A stretch of DNA of 64,000 nucleotides from an uncultured Gemmatimonadales bacterium (GTDB lineage Bacteria; Gemmatimonadota; Gemmatimonadetes; Gemmatimonadales; GWC2-71-9): assembly GCA_963844035.1 (NCBI GenBank), contig CAWJMT010000004.1:1-64000 (forward strand), read 5' to 3'. The notes beneath the pieces were generated by a model. That model did not search any database and was not told the DNA's origin. It was given only the letters and a program-made list of their open reading frames with translations. Every line of letters starts with the position of its first letter. Positions within the stretch are counted from its first letter, which is position 1. Shown here piece by piece: positions 43,932 to 54,433 of the stretch. The translations under genes were made by a program, and so were the position numbers.

Positions 43932-45037
43932 ATGAGTGGTGCGCGCACAGAGCGGATCCAGACGATCGTCATTGGCGGCGGGCCAGGCGGGGCTCTCCGT
44001 CGGATACCACCTCAAACGGCGCGGCCTCCCGTTCCTCATCCTCGACGCCCACAAGCGGGTCGGCGACGCGTGGCGCACCCGCTGGGACTCGCTCCACCTG
44101 TTCACTCCGGCGCGGTTCGACGGCCTGGACGGCATGCCCTTCCCCGCGTCCACGTCATTCGTTTCCCACCAAGGACGAGATGGGGAACTACCTCGAGTCG
44201 TACGCCAAACACTTCGATCTTCCCGTCCGGTGCGGCGTGAGGGTGGATGGACTGTCACGGCAGGGGCAGATGTTTCTTGTCACGGCGGGTGAGCAGCGGT
44301 TCGAGGCGGACGAATGTCGTCGTCGCTATGTCGAATTTTCAGAAATCGACGGTCCCGCCGTTCGCCAAGGATCTGGACCCGAGCATCGTCCAGCTGCACT
44401 CGCTCGACTATCGCAATCCGGCGCAGATGCAAGAAGGGTGGCGTGCTGCTCGTGGGAGGCGGCAACTCCGGAGCGGAGATCGCCATGGAGCTGGTCAAGA
44501 CGCACGATGTGTGGCTCTCGGGACGCGACACCGGCCACGTGCCGTTCCGGATCGACGGACTGCTCGCGCGCCTCTTCATGTACAAGTTGATTCTGCGATT
44601 CCTGTTCCACCGCGTGTTCACGATCCGCACTCCCATGGGACGCAAGGCGCGTCCCAAGGCGATCACTCAGGGCGGCCCGCTCATCCGGGTCAAGCCGAAG
44701 GACCTGCAACGCGTGGGCGTGGTGCGCGTGCCCAAGACGGTGGGCGCGAAGGACGGGTTGCCGCTGCTGGAAGATGGGCGGGTGCTCAACGTGACCAATG
44801 TGATCTGGTGCACCGGGTTTCAGCGCCGGCTTCTCCTGGATCCACCTTCCGATTCTCGGGCCGGTCGAGCCGATGCACGAGCGCGGGATCGTCCCGCGCG
44901 AGCCCGGGCTGTTCTTCGTGGGCCTGGCGTTTCTCTATTCGTTTTCTTCGGTGATGATCCACGGCGTCGGGCGGGATGCCGACCGGATCGCGGGCGTCAT
45001 CGCGGCGCGTGCCCAGGATCCGTCGGCCGCCGCCTGA
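43932..45037 (+). CDS. FAD/NAD(P)H-dependent flavin monooxygenase-like oxidoreductase, multiply frameshifted
   Basis: IVIGGG(Q)AGL, WRTRWDSLHLFTP, LHSLDYRNP, VGGGNSGAEIA, IWCTGF, PGLFFVGL. Confidence 0.82.
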
Positions 45038-45076
45038 ATCACCGCGAGCACCACCGCACGCTCGTCCCGTCGGTCG

Positions 45077-45232
45077 CTAGCGCCCCGCGAGGATCAAGAC
45101 GCCGGCCGCGAGGGCCAGGATCGCCATGAGCATGCCGAGGCCCTGGAAGCTCAGGCCAAGCAATCCGATGAGGCCGTTGACGATGAGCCACACGCCCAGC
45201 AGGGACATGCCGAGATTCTTGGCGAACTGCAT
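45077..45232 (-). CDS. Small two-helix membrane protein (51 aa)
   Basis: MQFAKNLGMSLLGVWLIVNGLIGLLGLSFQGLGMLMAILALAAGVLILAGR. Confidence 0.75.
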   Translation of the reverse strand: MQFAKNLGMSLLGVWLIVNGLIGLLGLSFQGLGMLMAILALAAGVLILAGR

Positions 45233-45349
45233 TGGAGGACTCACTTTCTTGAGATGAGTTGACGGTGACTGCGGTGCAGTTCGCAACGTGTGCGGATGGA
45301 TGGGATGCGCAATCGATCTATAGGATGACGTCGGGACCTCTCTGGAGAC

Positions 45350-45760
45350 TGGTCGAGCTTCGGGATCACTGCAGCGTACAACGTCACGCTCGCCACTTCG
45401 ATCCCACTCGCCGCGACCGTAATCGTGGCAAGTGGCACTGTTGCGCTTCCGCGTGCGCACGAGGCGCGGGCTGAGCGCGCGCCGACGGCAGCCGGAATTC
45501 CGCGTTGGCGCGCAGGTACCTCGGGCGGCGACGCTGCCGCTCGCCGCAGGCCCAGAGCGCGACCAGCGGCCCGGCCGCTTCGACGATGAGCGAGCAGCCT
45601 GGGCAACCGGATCTGCCGGGATGCGGCGCAAAGGCCCACGCCGAGTCAACATCGACCTCGCCGCGATGCTGGCCGCGCGCAGCCGGTGACGCGCGTCGAT
45701 CCGCCGGTAGGCCACGGGGAAGAACGGCGAGTTCAGGTCGAAGAGGCTCGGCGCGGGTCG
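45350..45760 (-). pseudogene. Degraded paralog of the FabA/FabZ-like gene at 43415-43855
   Basis: SLFDLN, SLIVEAAGPLVALW, PRYLRANAEFRLP, TRKRN, AVIP align to the intact copy with many small deletions. Confidence 0.75.
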
Positions 45761-45799
45761 GGCGGCACGGAGCGTGTCTCGGCCGGAGCATTGCGGCGC

Positions 45800-46400
45800 C
45801 GGGATCCCGACGCCGGCCGGCTGCAGCAGGATGTAAATGCCCACGGCGCCGGCCATTCCCGCAGCGAGCCCCGGCACGCCACAGCGCCGCCGGCAGGGCG
45901 CTGAAGCGAGACCGGGCCGGGCCTCAAGATCCGCAACCGCGGGAAGCGCCAGTGCCACCAGGGCGAACATCAGCGGCGTGACCGCTGCGTTCTCCTTGGA
46001 CAGGACGCCTAGCCCAAGCGCAGCGAGCGCGGCGGGATAGCGCCACCGCGCCCTCCCGCTGGTGCACGTGAGCAACAGGCAAGTAAGGACCCGAGCGCAG
46101 CGAGGATCTCGGCGCGGCCTACCATCGCCGTCACCGCCTCAACGTGGACGGGGTGGACCGCGAACATCAGGGCACCGAGCAGGGGGCCGGCCGAGGCTTT
46201 GCCCGCTGCGGCACTCCACAGAAGACCCCCAAGCTCGAGGACGAGCACGCAGCAGAGGGCGTGGAGTGCGATGTTGACCAGGTGGTAGCCCACCACGCTC
46301 GGCGCCGGTCCGTATGTTGCTACGGCGTCGAGCAGCAGGAAGAACGTCAAACAAGCCGCGACGCAGGCGGCGGCGGTGGCGCGAACAAGACCACCTACCT
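45800..46400 (-). pseudogene. Fragment of a TMTC/DUF1736-type membrane glycosyltransferase
   Basis: GYHLVNIALH, LMFAVHPVHVEAVTAMVGRAEIL, LSKENA; truncated and frameshifted, no TPR part. Confidence 0.65.
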
Positions 46401-46405
46401 CGCCT

Positions 46406-46885
46406 CTACGGCGCCAGCTCCACCAACCGCGCACGCGGCGGGATTCCCGGCTCGAGCTCCATGATGCCGACTGAGGGCCGGAGCTTGAACCGCGCCGCCC
46501 CCGCCCCGCCCGGATTCATCACCGTCACCGTCTTGTCCACCAGCTCGAGCAGCGGCCGGTGGGTGTGCCCGTACACGATGATGTCGGCCCGCGGAAACGC
46601 CTCGTGCAGGTTCGCGGGCGTCGGTGTGCCGAACTGATCGCCGTGCGTCACCACGATATCGAACCCGTCGAGGCGGATGGTGGCGACTTCGGGAAGCTTG
46701 GCCCGCAGGTCGGGACCGTCCACGTTGCCGTACACCGCGGTCACCGGCGCGAGGGCCTGGAGATCGAGCAGCACTTCCAACGTGCCCACGTCGCCGCCGT
46801 GCAGGATGTGGTCCACGTGCTCAAACACCTCGAGCACTTCGGATCGGAGCATGCCATGGGTGTCGGAGATGACGCCCAGCCTCAC
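46406..46885 (-). CDS. YfcE-family metallophosphoesterase
   Basis: ISDTHG, HGGD, GNVD, THG, GHTH, NPG. Confidence 0.92.
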   Translation of the reverse strand: MRLGVISDTHGMLRSEVLEVFEHVDHILHGGDVGTLEVLLDLQALAPVTAVYGNVDGPDLRAKLPEVATIRLDGFDIVVTHGDQFGTPTPANLHEAFPRADIIVYGHTHRPLLELVDKTVTVMNPGGAGAARFKLRPSVGIMELEPGIPPRARLVELAP

Positions 46886-47487
46886 GCGCCCCCCCCTCCC
46901 CCTCCCCCTCCCCAGCGCTTGACCACCTGAATCTCGAGTCCGAGCTGATCGAGCACGCGTTGCACGACGAAGTCCACCAGGTCCGCGACGCTCGCGGGTT
47001 TGTGGTAGAACCCCGGGGCGGCGGGCAGCACGATCGCGCCCGCTTCGGTCGCGAGCGCGAGGTTCCGCAGATGGACTAGAGAGAGCGGCGTTTCGCGCGG
47101 TACGAGAATCAGCCGGCGCCGCTCCTTGAGCGCCACGTCGGCGGCGCGTTCGATCAGGCTGCGGCTGGTGCCGTGCGCGATCGCCGCCACCGTACCCATC
47201 GAGCAGGGACACACCACCATTCCGCCGCTCAGCGCCGATCCCGACGCGGGCAGCGCGCCGCGATTGGAATCGTCGAACACGGTGACGCTCGACCAGTCGC
47301 CGCCCGTGGCTTTCTTGAGCCCGGTGTCGTCGTGGATGCCGCATTCCTCTTCGATCAGTCGCCAGCCGTGCCGCGAGACCATGAGCCACGTCGGCACCTT
47401 GTTCCGGGCCAGCAGCTCGAGCAGTCGCACGCCGTAGGGGGCGCCGGAGGCACCGGTGATCGCGAGGGCGATGGGAAGCGGGCTCAT
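46882..47487 (-). CDS. ubiX: Flavin prenyltransferase UbiX
   Basis: ITGASGAPYG, PCSMGT, RAADVALKERR, PRETP, PGFYHKP. Confidence 0.95.
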   Translation of the reverse strand: MSPLPIALAITGASGAPYGVRLLELLARNKVPTWLMVSRHGWRLIEEECGIHDDTGLKKATGGDWSSVTVFDDSNRGALPASGSALSGGMVVCPCSMGTVAAIAHGTSRSLIERAADVALKERRRLILVPRETPLSLVHLRNLALATEAGAIVLPAAPGFYHKPASVADLVDFVVQRVLDQLGLEIQVVKRWGGGGGGGGA

Positions 47488-47562
47488 CAGCGCCCGCGAC
47501 GGTTGGGGGTGACGGAGATCGGCGGCGGATGGCCGGAGGACGGCGATGGTGGCGGGAAGCGG

Positions 47563-47648
47563 AGTGGGGAGTGGGAACGTGGTACGGTGCGGGTGTCGCG
47601 CCGGGAGTCGCGCTTCGCACCGTCACGAACCACTTCCCCACTTCCCAC
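47563..47648. repeat. G-rich palindromic element, same family as the engB insert
   Basis: AGTGGGGAGTGGGA (47563-47576) is identical to 13917-13930; the right arm is CGCACCGT...ACCACTTCCCCACTTCCCAC. Confidence 0.85.
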
Positions 47649-47663
47649 GCTTTCTGCTTCTTG

Positions 47664-48582
47664 TCATAGCACCCGATCCACCAGCGCACCAAGAAACACC
47701 ACCACGCTAATGATCCCATTCGCGGTGAAGAACGCAGCGTTCAGACGCGACAGGTCCCCCGGCTTCACCAGCTGATGCTCGTAGGCCATGATCGCTGCGC
47801 CGATCCCCACGCCGACGTAGTAGGCGGTTCCAAGACCGGCGCCCGCACCGAACGCCACCAGGGCGAGCACCGTCAGACCGTGCAGCAGCTTCGCCGACGA
47901 AGATGCCGCGCGCCTGACCGAATCGCACGACGGCGGATTGCAGACCTTCCACCCGGTCGAATGCTTCGTCCTGCAGCGCGTAGAAGATGTCGAAGCCGCC
48001 GATCCAGAACGTCACCGCCGCCGCCATCATCCAGAGCAGCCACCAGGGATCGGTCCACTGCCCCGACACGGCCAGGTAGCCCGCGGGACCGGCCATCGCG
48101 TCGCCGAACCCGAGCCACAGATGGGACCACCAGGTGAAGCGCTTGGAATAGCTGTACAGCGTGACGACCGCGAGCACGATGGGGGAAAGCCGGAAGCAGA
48201 TGGGATTGAGCGCCCAGGCGGACCAGAGGAACAGCGCCGCGGCGATGCCCACGGCGACCCACGCCTGGCTCAGGCTGAGCCGGCCCGCCGGCAGCTCGCG
48301 TCCGCGAGTTCGCGGATTCTTGGCGTCCAAGTCCCGGTCGGCGATGCGATTGAAGCCCATCGCCACGAAGCGCGCCGCCGTAAACGCCAGCACCACGAGG
48401 CCGAGCACGCGCCATGTGACGGGATGCTCGTGCGACGCGACCACCACGCCGAGCAGCGCGAACGGCAGCGCGAACACGGTGTGGGGGAGCTTGACGAAGT
48501 TGACGTAGCGGGTGAGCAACGACTCGCCGGCGAACGTCTGGCCCTCACGCCAGCACCCGCCTGCCCGCCTTTCAGATTTCAA
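47664..48582 (-). CDS. UbiA-family prenyltransferase (MqnP-like), frameshift near 47895
   Basis: VKLPHTVFALPF, NRIADRDLDAKNPRT.GRELP, YSYSKRFT, GFDIFYALQD. Confidence 0.9.
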
Positions 48583-50050
48583 TCCCCAACTCCTTCCACA
48601 TCGCGTCGACCTTCGCCTTCGTCGCGGGATCCATCACGATCTTGTTGGGCCATTCGCGCGTGAAGCCTTCTTCCTTCCACTTCCGGGTGCCGTCGATCCC
48701 CATCTTCGAGCCGAAGGTGAAGCCGCGGCTGGCATGATCGAGCACGTCGATCGGGCCCATCGAGAAGCGCACATCGCGCTCCGGGTCGATGTGATTGAGC
48801 GCCACCCACCAGGCTTCCTTGGGGTCGCGCACGTTCACGTCCTTGTCCACGACGACGATCACCTTGGCAAGCGACATCAACCCCTGCCCCCACAGCCCGT
48901 TCATCACCTTGTACGCCTGGCCGGGATACTGTTTGTCGATGCTGACCAGCACGAGGTTGTGAAAGATTCCCTCGGCGGGCATGTGCATGTCCACGACTTC
49001 GGGGAGCGTGAGCTTGAGCAGCGGCAGAAAGATCCGCTCGGTGGCGTTGCCGAGGTAATAGTCCTCCATCGGCGGCCGGCCAACGATCGTGTGGGGCCAG
49101 ATCGGGTCGCCGCGCATCGTGATGGCGGTGATGTGCACCTTGGGATAGTAGTCGGCGAGAGAGTAAAACCCGGTGTGATCGCCGAACGGCCCTTCGAGCA
49201 CGAGCTCGTCGCGCGGATCGATATGGCCCTCGAGCACAAACTCCGCTTCCGCGGGGACCTCGAGGTCGGAAGTCACGGCTTTGACGAGCCGCACGGGCTC
49301 CCGGCGCAGGAACCCGGCGAACAGGTACTCGTCGATCGAGGGGGGCAGCGGCGCCGATGCGGCGTAGATGCTCGCGGGATCGCCGCCCAGCGCGATCGCC
49401 ACCGGCATCGTCTCGCCCCGCGCCGCCAGCTCGCGCCAGTGGGCGGCGCCCACCTTGTGGCGCTGCCAGTGCATCGCGACCTCGTTGCGGCCGATCGCCT
49501 GGATGCGATACATCCCGACGTTGCGGACGCCCGTCTTCGGGTCACGCGTGATGACGCCCGGCAACGTGATGTAGGGACCGCCGTCTTCGGGCCAGCAGAT
49601 GGGAATCGGGAGCTGTCCCAGATCCACGTCCGGTCCCCGGATCACGGTCTCCTGACAGGGGGCCCGCCCGCTGCTGGTCTTGGGGGGAAACTTGGCCACC
49701 TCGGCAAGCTGGGGGAGCATCGCCAGCTTCCCGAACAGCGTGTCGGGGACTTTGAGATTGAGGAGGGCCGAGATGCGCTCGCCGATTTCGTCCAGGCTGC
49801 TGACGCCGAGCGCCAGGGCCATGCGGCGCTCGGAGCCGAACAGGTTCACCGCCACGGGAAAACGCGACGCGCCGCCGGTGGTGAGGGTGGGGTGTTGGAA
49901 CAGCAGCGCGGGTCCGCCGCCCGGCGACTTCATGCAGCGATCGGCGATTTCGGTGATGACGCGATCGACCGCAACCGGCTGCTCGACGCGGACCAGCTCG
50001 CCGGCCGCGTCGATCGCGCCGATCAAGGCGCGGAGGTTATCGAGTGCCAT
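48572..50050 (-). CDS. UbiD-family (menaquinone biosynthesis, MqnL-like) decarboxylase
   Basis: VNLFGS, WPEDGGPYIT, RNVGMYR, EGPFGDHTGFY, GRPPMED, GSKMGIDGT. Confidence 0.93.
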   Translation of the reverse strand: MALDNLRALIGAIDAAGELVRVEQPVAVDRVITEIADRCMKSPGGGPALLFQHPTLTTGGASRFPVAVNLFGSERRMALALGVSSLDEIGERISALLNLKVPDTLFGKLAMLPQLAEVAKFPPKTSSGRAPCQETVIRGPDVDLGQLPIPICWPEDGGPYITLPGVITRDPKTGVRNVGMYRIQAIGRNEVAMHWQRHKVGAAHWRELAARGETMPVAIALGGDPASIYAASAPLPPSIDEYLFAGFLRREPVRLVKAVTSDLEVPAEAEFVLEGHIDPRDELVLEGPFGDHTGFYSLADYYPKVHITAITMRGDPIWPHTIVGRPPMEDYYLGNATERIFLPLLKLTLPEVVDMHMPAEGIFHNLVLVSIDKQYPGQAYKVMNGLWGQGLMSLAKVIVVVDKDVNVRDPKEAWWVALNHIDPERDVRFSMGPIDVLDHASRGFTFGSKMGIDGTRKWKEEGFTREWPNKIVMDPATKAKVDAMWKELGIEI

Positions 50051-50768
50051 GATGGACGGCGCAGATCCCGCCGGTCAGCCGCTCGAAGCCCACGTCGCGG
50101 AAACCGGCGGCGGTGAACCGCGCGGCCAGTGCCGCCGGCTCGGGAAAGTCGAGCACCGACTCTGGCAGGTAGGTATAGGCGTCCGTATGTTTCGACACGG
50201 CGCGCCCGATCGCCGGGAGCACGCGCCGAAAGTAGAACAGGTAGAGTGCCCGGAGCGGCGCAAAGGTGGGGGTCGTAAACTCGAGCACGACGAATCGCGC
50301 GCCCGGCTTCAGCACGCGGGCCGCCTCGCGGAGCCCGGCATCGAGATCCGCGACGTTACGGATCCCGAAGGCGACCATGGCCCCGTCGAACGCGGCGTCG
50401 GCGAAAGGCAGCTCGAGCGCGTCGGCGCCGACGGGCCGGGTGCGGGCGGCTTTGCCCCGGCCCCGCGCCAGCATCGGCACGACGAAATCGGCGCCGATCA
50501 CGGTGCCCCGGAAGCCGGGAGCGCGGGCGAGCGTCGCCGCCAGATCGAGCGTGCCGGCGCAGAGGTCGAGATAGACGCCGTCCTGCCTGGCCTCCCAGCC
50601 GAGCCGCGCCACCGCGGCGCGGCGCCAGCGGCGATCCACGTTGAGGCTGAGCAGATGGTTGAGGAAGTCGTAGCGCGGCGCGATGGCGGTGAACATGCTC
50701 CGCACGTACGATCGCTTCGTTGCGCCGCCGTGCGACACGGCAACCTCGAAAGCGGGAGACGGCGTCAT
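50037..50768 (-). CDS. menG: Demethylmenaquinone methyltransferase (UbiE/MenG)
   Basis: MFTAIAPRYDFLNHLLS, DLCAGTLD, FGIRNV, AYTYLPES. Confidence 0.92.
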   Translation of the reverse strand: MTPSPAFEVAVSHGGATKRSYVRSMFTAIAPRYDFLNHLLSLNVDRRWRRAAVARLGWEARQDGVYLDLCAGTLDLAATLARAPGFRGTVIGADFVVPMLARGRGKAARTRPVGADALELPFADAAFDGAMVAFGIRNVADLDAGLREAARVLKPGARFVVLEFTTPTFAPLRALYLFYFRRVLPAIGRAVSKHTDAYTYLPESVLDFPEPAALAARFTAAGFRDVGFERLTGGICAVHHGTR

Positions 50769-50793
50769 AGCCGCCAAAGATAGGCCGTCCAAC

Positions 50794-51378
50794 CTGACCG
50801 GCGCCAGCGACCAGGACGTCGTGGCGTCGGCCGTTCGCGGCCACGAAGCGGCGTTTCGCGAGCTGGTGCGGCGCTACGAACGCCCGGTCTTCTCGCTCCT
50901 GTACCGCATGGTGCGCGATCGCGCGCTCGCGGAAGACCTGGCGCAGGAGACGTTCATCAAGGTGCTGAACGGTCTCAAGTCGTATCGCCCCGAGTTCAAG
51001 TTCTCCTCCTGGATCTTCAAGGTCGCGAACAACGTGGCGATCGATCAGCTGCGCAAGCGGGGCGTGGAAACCATCTCGATGGACGGCGCGCCCGATGCCA
51101 AGACACCCGACGCGCGCGCCGCCAGCGCGCTGCAGCTCCGCGGCCCGGGAGAGACGCCGTTGCAGGAAGTCGAAGCGCGCGAGCTCGGCAGCGCGATCGA
51201 GCGGGCGATCGGCCGCCTGCGGCCCGAGTACCGCAGCTGTATCGTGCTGCGACACGTCGAGGGCCATTCGTACGAGGAGATCGCGGAGATGTTGGAGCTG
51301 CCGCTCGGTACCGTGAAGACCTACATCCACCGCGCCCGCAACGAATTACGCGGGTTACTCGAAGACCGGCGCTCGTGA
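50794..51378 (+). CDS. ECF RNA polymerase sigma factor (SigW/RpoE-like); start uncertain
   Basis: AFRELVRRY, AEDLAQETF, FSSWIFKVANN, SYEEIAEMLELPLGTVKTYIHRAR; frame open back to 50683. Confidence 0.92.
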   Translation: MTGASDQDVVASAVRGHEAAFRELVRRYERPVFSLLYRMVRDRALAEDLAQETFIKVLNGLKSYRPEFKFSSWIFKVANNVAIDQLRKRGVETISMDGAPDAKTPDARAASALQLRGPGETPLQEVEARELGSAIERAIGRLRPEYRSCIVLRHVEGHSYEEIAEMLELPLGTVKTYIHRARNELRGLLEDRRS

Positions 51379-51414
51379 AACCCGGCCCCCGCCGGCGCCG
51401 TAGGAGATCGAACG

Positions 51415-51661
51415 ATGAATGAGCAATTCGACCAGCACCTGAACCCGGACGAGATCGAGCAGTGGGCCATCGGCCTGCTTCCCGCCGCACGCGCGCTTGC
51501 ACCTCGCGCAGTGCGCAGCATGCCGCACCACTGCCGAGCGCGAACGCAAACTGTTCCACGAGCTCGCCCAGCTCGAGCGCTTCGCACCGTCGTCCGGCTT
51601 CGTCGAACGGGTGATGGCGCGGGTGCGGATTGCGACGGCGTCAGGAGGATACAAGGTTTAG
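51415..51661 (+). CDS. Short zinc-binding anti-sigma (ZAS) protein, frameshift near 51499
   Basis: GGAG SD; repaired reading HLNPDEIE..HLAQCAACR..PSSGFVERVMARV. Confidence 0.78.
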
Positions 51662-52413
51662 GGCCGTGGCCCGACCCGCACCGCCACTCCGACTCCCGCT
51701 CCGAGCGTTTTCTCCGCGCTTCCATCCCGCACCGCGATCTCCACGGTGCCGTTGCTCCCCGGGAACGCAACCAGCTCGCCTCGATCCACATCCGCAAACG
51801 TGCGCCGTAGCACCCCGACCTCGGTCTTCCCGACGGTGACGGACGCGCCAGCCTTCACGAGTGCCGCAGGGATATTGCTGATCAACGTGCCAAACCGGTC
51901 CACGTAGATCACTTCGCCGACCACGCGAGTCCCGTCTTGACGGGCAGTGGGGAGCGGCGCGAAGACCGGATCGGTGATCGCCTGACCGAGGTGCGTGAGG
52001 GCGGCGCCGAGCGCCAGTTGCCCCGCCGCTGGAGCAAACACATCACGCGCGTGGAAGGTGGGCGCTGCATTCGTGGGAACCGGGAGTGACACGAAGTGCG
52101 CGTCGGGGGGCAGGAACGAGAGCAGGCCGTTGTCGGGGGCCACGAAGTAGTGCCCCCCGGCGGAGACCGCGATAGCGCGCCGCTTGGTCCCGACACCCGG
52201 GTCCACCACCGCGAGGTGCACGGTCTCCCGTGGGAACTGCTGCCACACACGCGACAGGATGTACTGCGCCGCGCGCACGTCGCCGGGCGGCACCTGGTGC
52301 GTGATATCCACCAGCGCCGCTCCGTGCACCCGCGTCAGGAGCACGCCCTTCACCTCGGCGACGTAGCTGTCGGCGTCGCCGAAGTCGGTGAGCAGCGTGA
52401 TGAGTGTGGCCAT
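51658..52413 (-). CDS. SAM hydroxide adenosyltransferase (DUF62, chlorinase/fluorinase family)
   Basis: ITLLTDFG, VVDPGVGT.RR, APDNG, TFHARDVFAP, DRFG. Confidence 0.92.
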   Translation of the reverse strand: MATLITLLTDFGDADSYVAEVKGVLLTRVHGAALVDITHQVPPGDVRAAQYILSRVWQQFPRETVHLAVVDPGVGTKRRAIAVSAGGHYFVAPDNGLLSFLPPDAHFVSLPVPTNAAPTFHARDVFAPAAGQLALGAALTHLGQAITDPVFAPLPTARQDGTRVVGEVIYVDRFGTLISNIPAALVKAGASVTVGKTEVGVLRRTFADVDRGELVAFPGSNGTVEIAVRDGSAEKTLGAGVGVAVRVGPRP

Positions 52414-53518
52414 CAGGAAGGAGAGCGGGTGCGCGCCGGATCGGCAGCGCGCGGGCGCCAACAGCCTCGGCCACGCGCCGGGCGATCTCGGTCAGCGCCA
52501 CGGCGGCGGGCGACCCCGGCTCGGAGACCACAATCGGCGACCCGGCGTCGGCGAGGTTCGGCATGCCGGCCTGCAGCGGGACTTTGCCGAGCAGCGGTAC
52601 CTTCAGCTCGTCCGCCAGCCGCTGGCCGCCGCCCGAGAGGAAGAGGTCGGTGTGCTCGCCGCAGTGCGGGCAGACGTAGCCGCTCATGTTCTCGACGATG
52701 CCCATCACCGGCACGCCCACTTTCTCGAACATCTTCGCGCCGCGCAGGCTGTCGCCCACCGCCATCTCCTGCGGCGTCGTCACGATCAACGCGGCCCGGA
52801 GCTGGATCGACTGGGCGAGCGAGAGCTGCGCGTCGCCGGTGCCCGGGGGCAGATCCACCAGGAAGTAGTCCAGCTCGCCCCAATCCACGTCGCGCAGGAA
52901 CTGCTGGATGATCTTCATGATGATCGGCCCCCGCCAGATCGCGGGCGCATCGCGCTCCACGATGAAGCCGAGCGACATCAGCTTGACGCCGTGTCCCTGG
53001 AGCGGCTGGATCTTGCCGTCGATGATCTCCGGCTTGTGATCCACACCCATCATGCGCGGAATGTTGGGACCATAGATGTCGCCGTCCATCAATCCCACGC
53101 GATGTCCCGCGCGCGCGAGCGCGGTGGCGAGGTTCGCGGAAACGGTGGACTTCCCCACCCCGCCCTTGCCGGACGAAATCGCGAGGACTTGGCCGAGGTT
53201 GGGCTGGGCGATCGGCGTGGGCGGCGGCGGGACGGCTCCAGGCGCCCGTTTGGGACCCGCAGCGGATGCATTGCCGTCCAGCACCTTGACCGTCACACCG
53301 CTCACTCCAGGAACTGCTTGCACAGCCTTCCGGGCCTCGCGCACCAACGTCCCTGGATCTTCACGCGAGAGCACGAACCCGAAGGTCACCGCACCCGCGT
53401 CGTCTACCACGAGATCCTTGACCAGGCCGGCGGAGACGATGTCGACGCCGAGGCGCGGGTTCTTGAGGGTGGCGAGGGCGCGCTCGACTTGCGCTTGAAG
53501 GGCTTCGGATGGGGGCAC
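52413..53518 (-). CDS. mrp: Mrp/ApbC iron-sulfur cluster carrier ATPase, frameshift near the 3' end
   Basis: SGKGGVGKST, DGDIYGP, WRGP, DLPPGTGD, VTTPQ, ENMS..CPHC. Confidence 0.94.
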
Positions 53519-53647
53519 ACGCCAAACCTAGAGGGGGCCGGGGAGGGGGGCAACGAGGACGTGGCGAGCGAGGGGCATTTCCTCTGGTGCCACTCGGGCC
53601 TCTGCAGCAATTTCCCAGCGTGTTCATCTCAACCAGCGGAAACGCGC

Positions 53648-54307
53648 ATGACTCCCCATCTGTCGGCCACCGGCATTCCTGACTGGCGCCTCCGCTGGCA
53701 CGTCTTCCGCTGCCGGCGCCACAGCGACACGAGCACGCGCTACCTGCTCGAACTGGCTCGCTGCGTGGCCCGCTCCCCCCGCGCCGCGGACGCGCCGCCC
53801 CTGCTCGAAATCGGCACGCGCAGCGGCGGGTCCGCCTGGCTGATGCTGCGTGTCCTGGAGGACGTCTACGGCGCCGAGCGTCGCCCTCTGGTCCTCACGG
53901 TGGACCCCTACGGAGAGAGGCCGTACGAGGGGCATCCCCATGTGTACGACGAACGGCACTATCGCGCCATGAAGCGAGCGCTGGCGGGGTACGCCAATCA
54001 TATCCACTACATGATGGACTCCGACTTCTTTCTCCGAACGATCGAGAGCGGTCTCCCCCTATGGCTGGACGGCGTTAAGGAACCGGTTGAGCGTTTCACT
54101 TTCGCTTACCTCGACGGCAGCCACGATCCGGACATCGTGTGGTCGGAAATCGAGCGGATCTGGCCGCGGCTAGTCCGCGGCGGGTACCTGATCGTAGACG
54201 ACACCGACTGGTTCGGTGGGGAGATGCGGCGCCGCCTCGACGCTGGAGCCCCCCGGCTCGGCGCCACGTTGCGCCACCACGGCAAGCAGGGCATCCTGCA
54301 GCGCTGA
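53648..54307 (+). CDS. Class I SAM-dependent methyltransferase (Methyltransf_24-like)
   Basis: LEIGTRSGGS, VDPYG, YLDGSH, GGYLIVDD. Confidence 0.82.
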   Translation: MTPHLSATGIPDWRLRWHVFRCRRHSDTSTRYLLELARCVARSPRAADAPPLLEIGTRSGGSAWLMLRVLEDVYGAERRPLVLTVDPYGERPYEGHPHVYDERHYRAMKRALAGYANHIHYMMDSDFFLRTIESGLPLWLDGVKEPVERFTFAYLDGSHDPDIVWSEIERIWPRLVRGGYLIVDDTDWFGGEMRRRLDAGAPRLGATLRHHGKQGILQR

Positions 54308-54433
54308 CCTTGATCAAGCGTCAGGGTTGGAGTGTCGTGGTGGTCGGAGCCTGGAACCCCCGCGTCTTCGTGAACCTCGCCGCTCACTTGCGCGACGCTG
54401 GCGGCGCGGTCCGATCGAGGTAGAATAGCGATC

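Noticed and set aside
43415..45760. Paired hot-dog genes as a diversity-generating retroelement TR/VR pair
   Set aside because: Differences are not adenine-specific, include many indels and synonymous changes, and there is no reverse transcriptase.
46889..46913. Poly-Gly tail of UbiX from a G-run tract
   Set aside because: It is probably another G-rich junction repeat, but homopolymer lengths are unreliable in this assembly.
52043..53518. Extended 491-aa Mrp
   Set aside because: This is read-through caused by an indel near 52440. The tail is out-of-frame sequence of the DUF62 gene.
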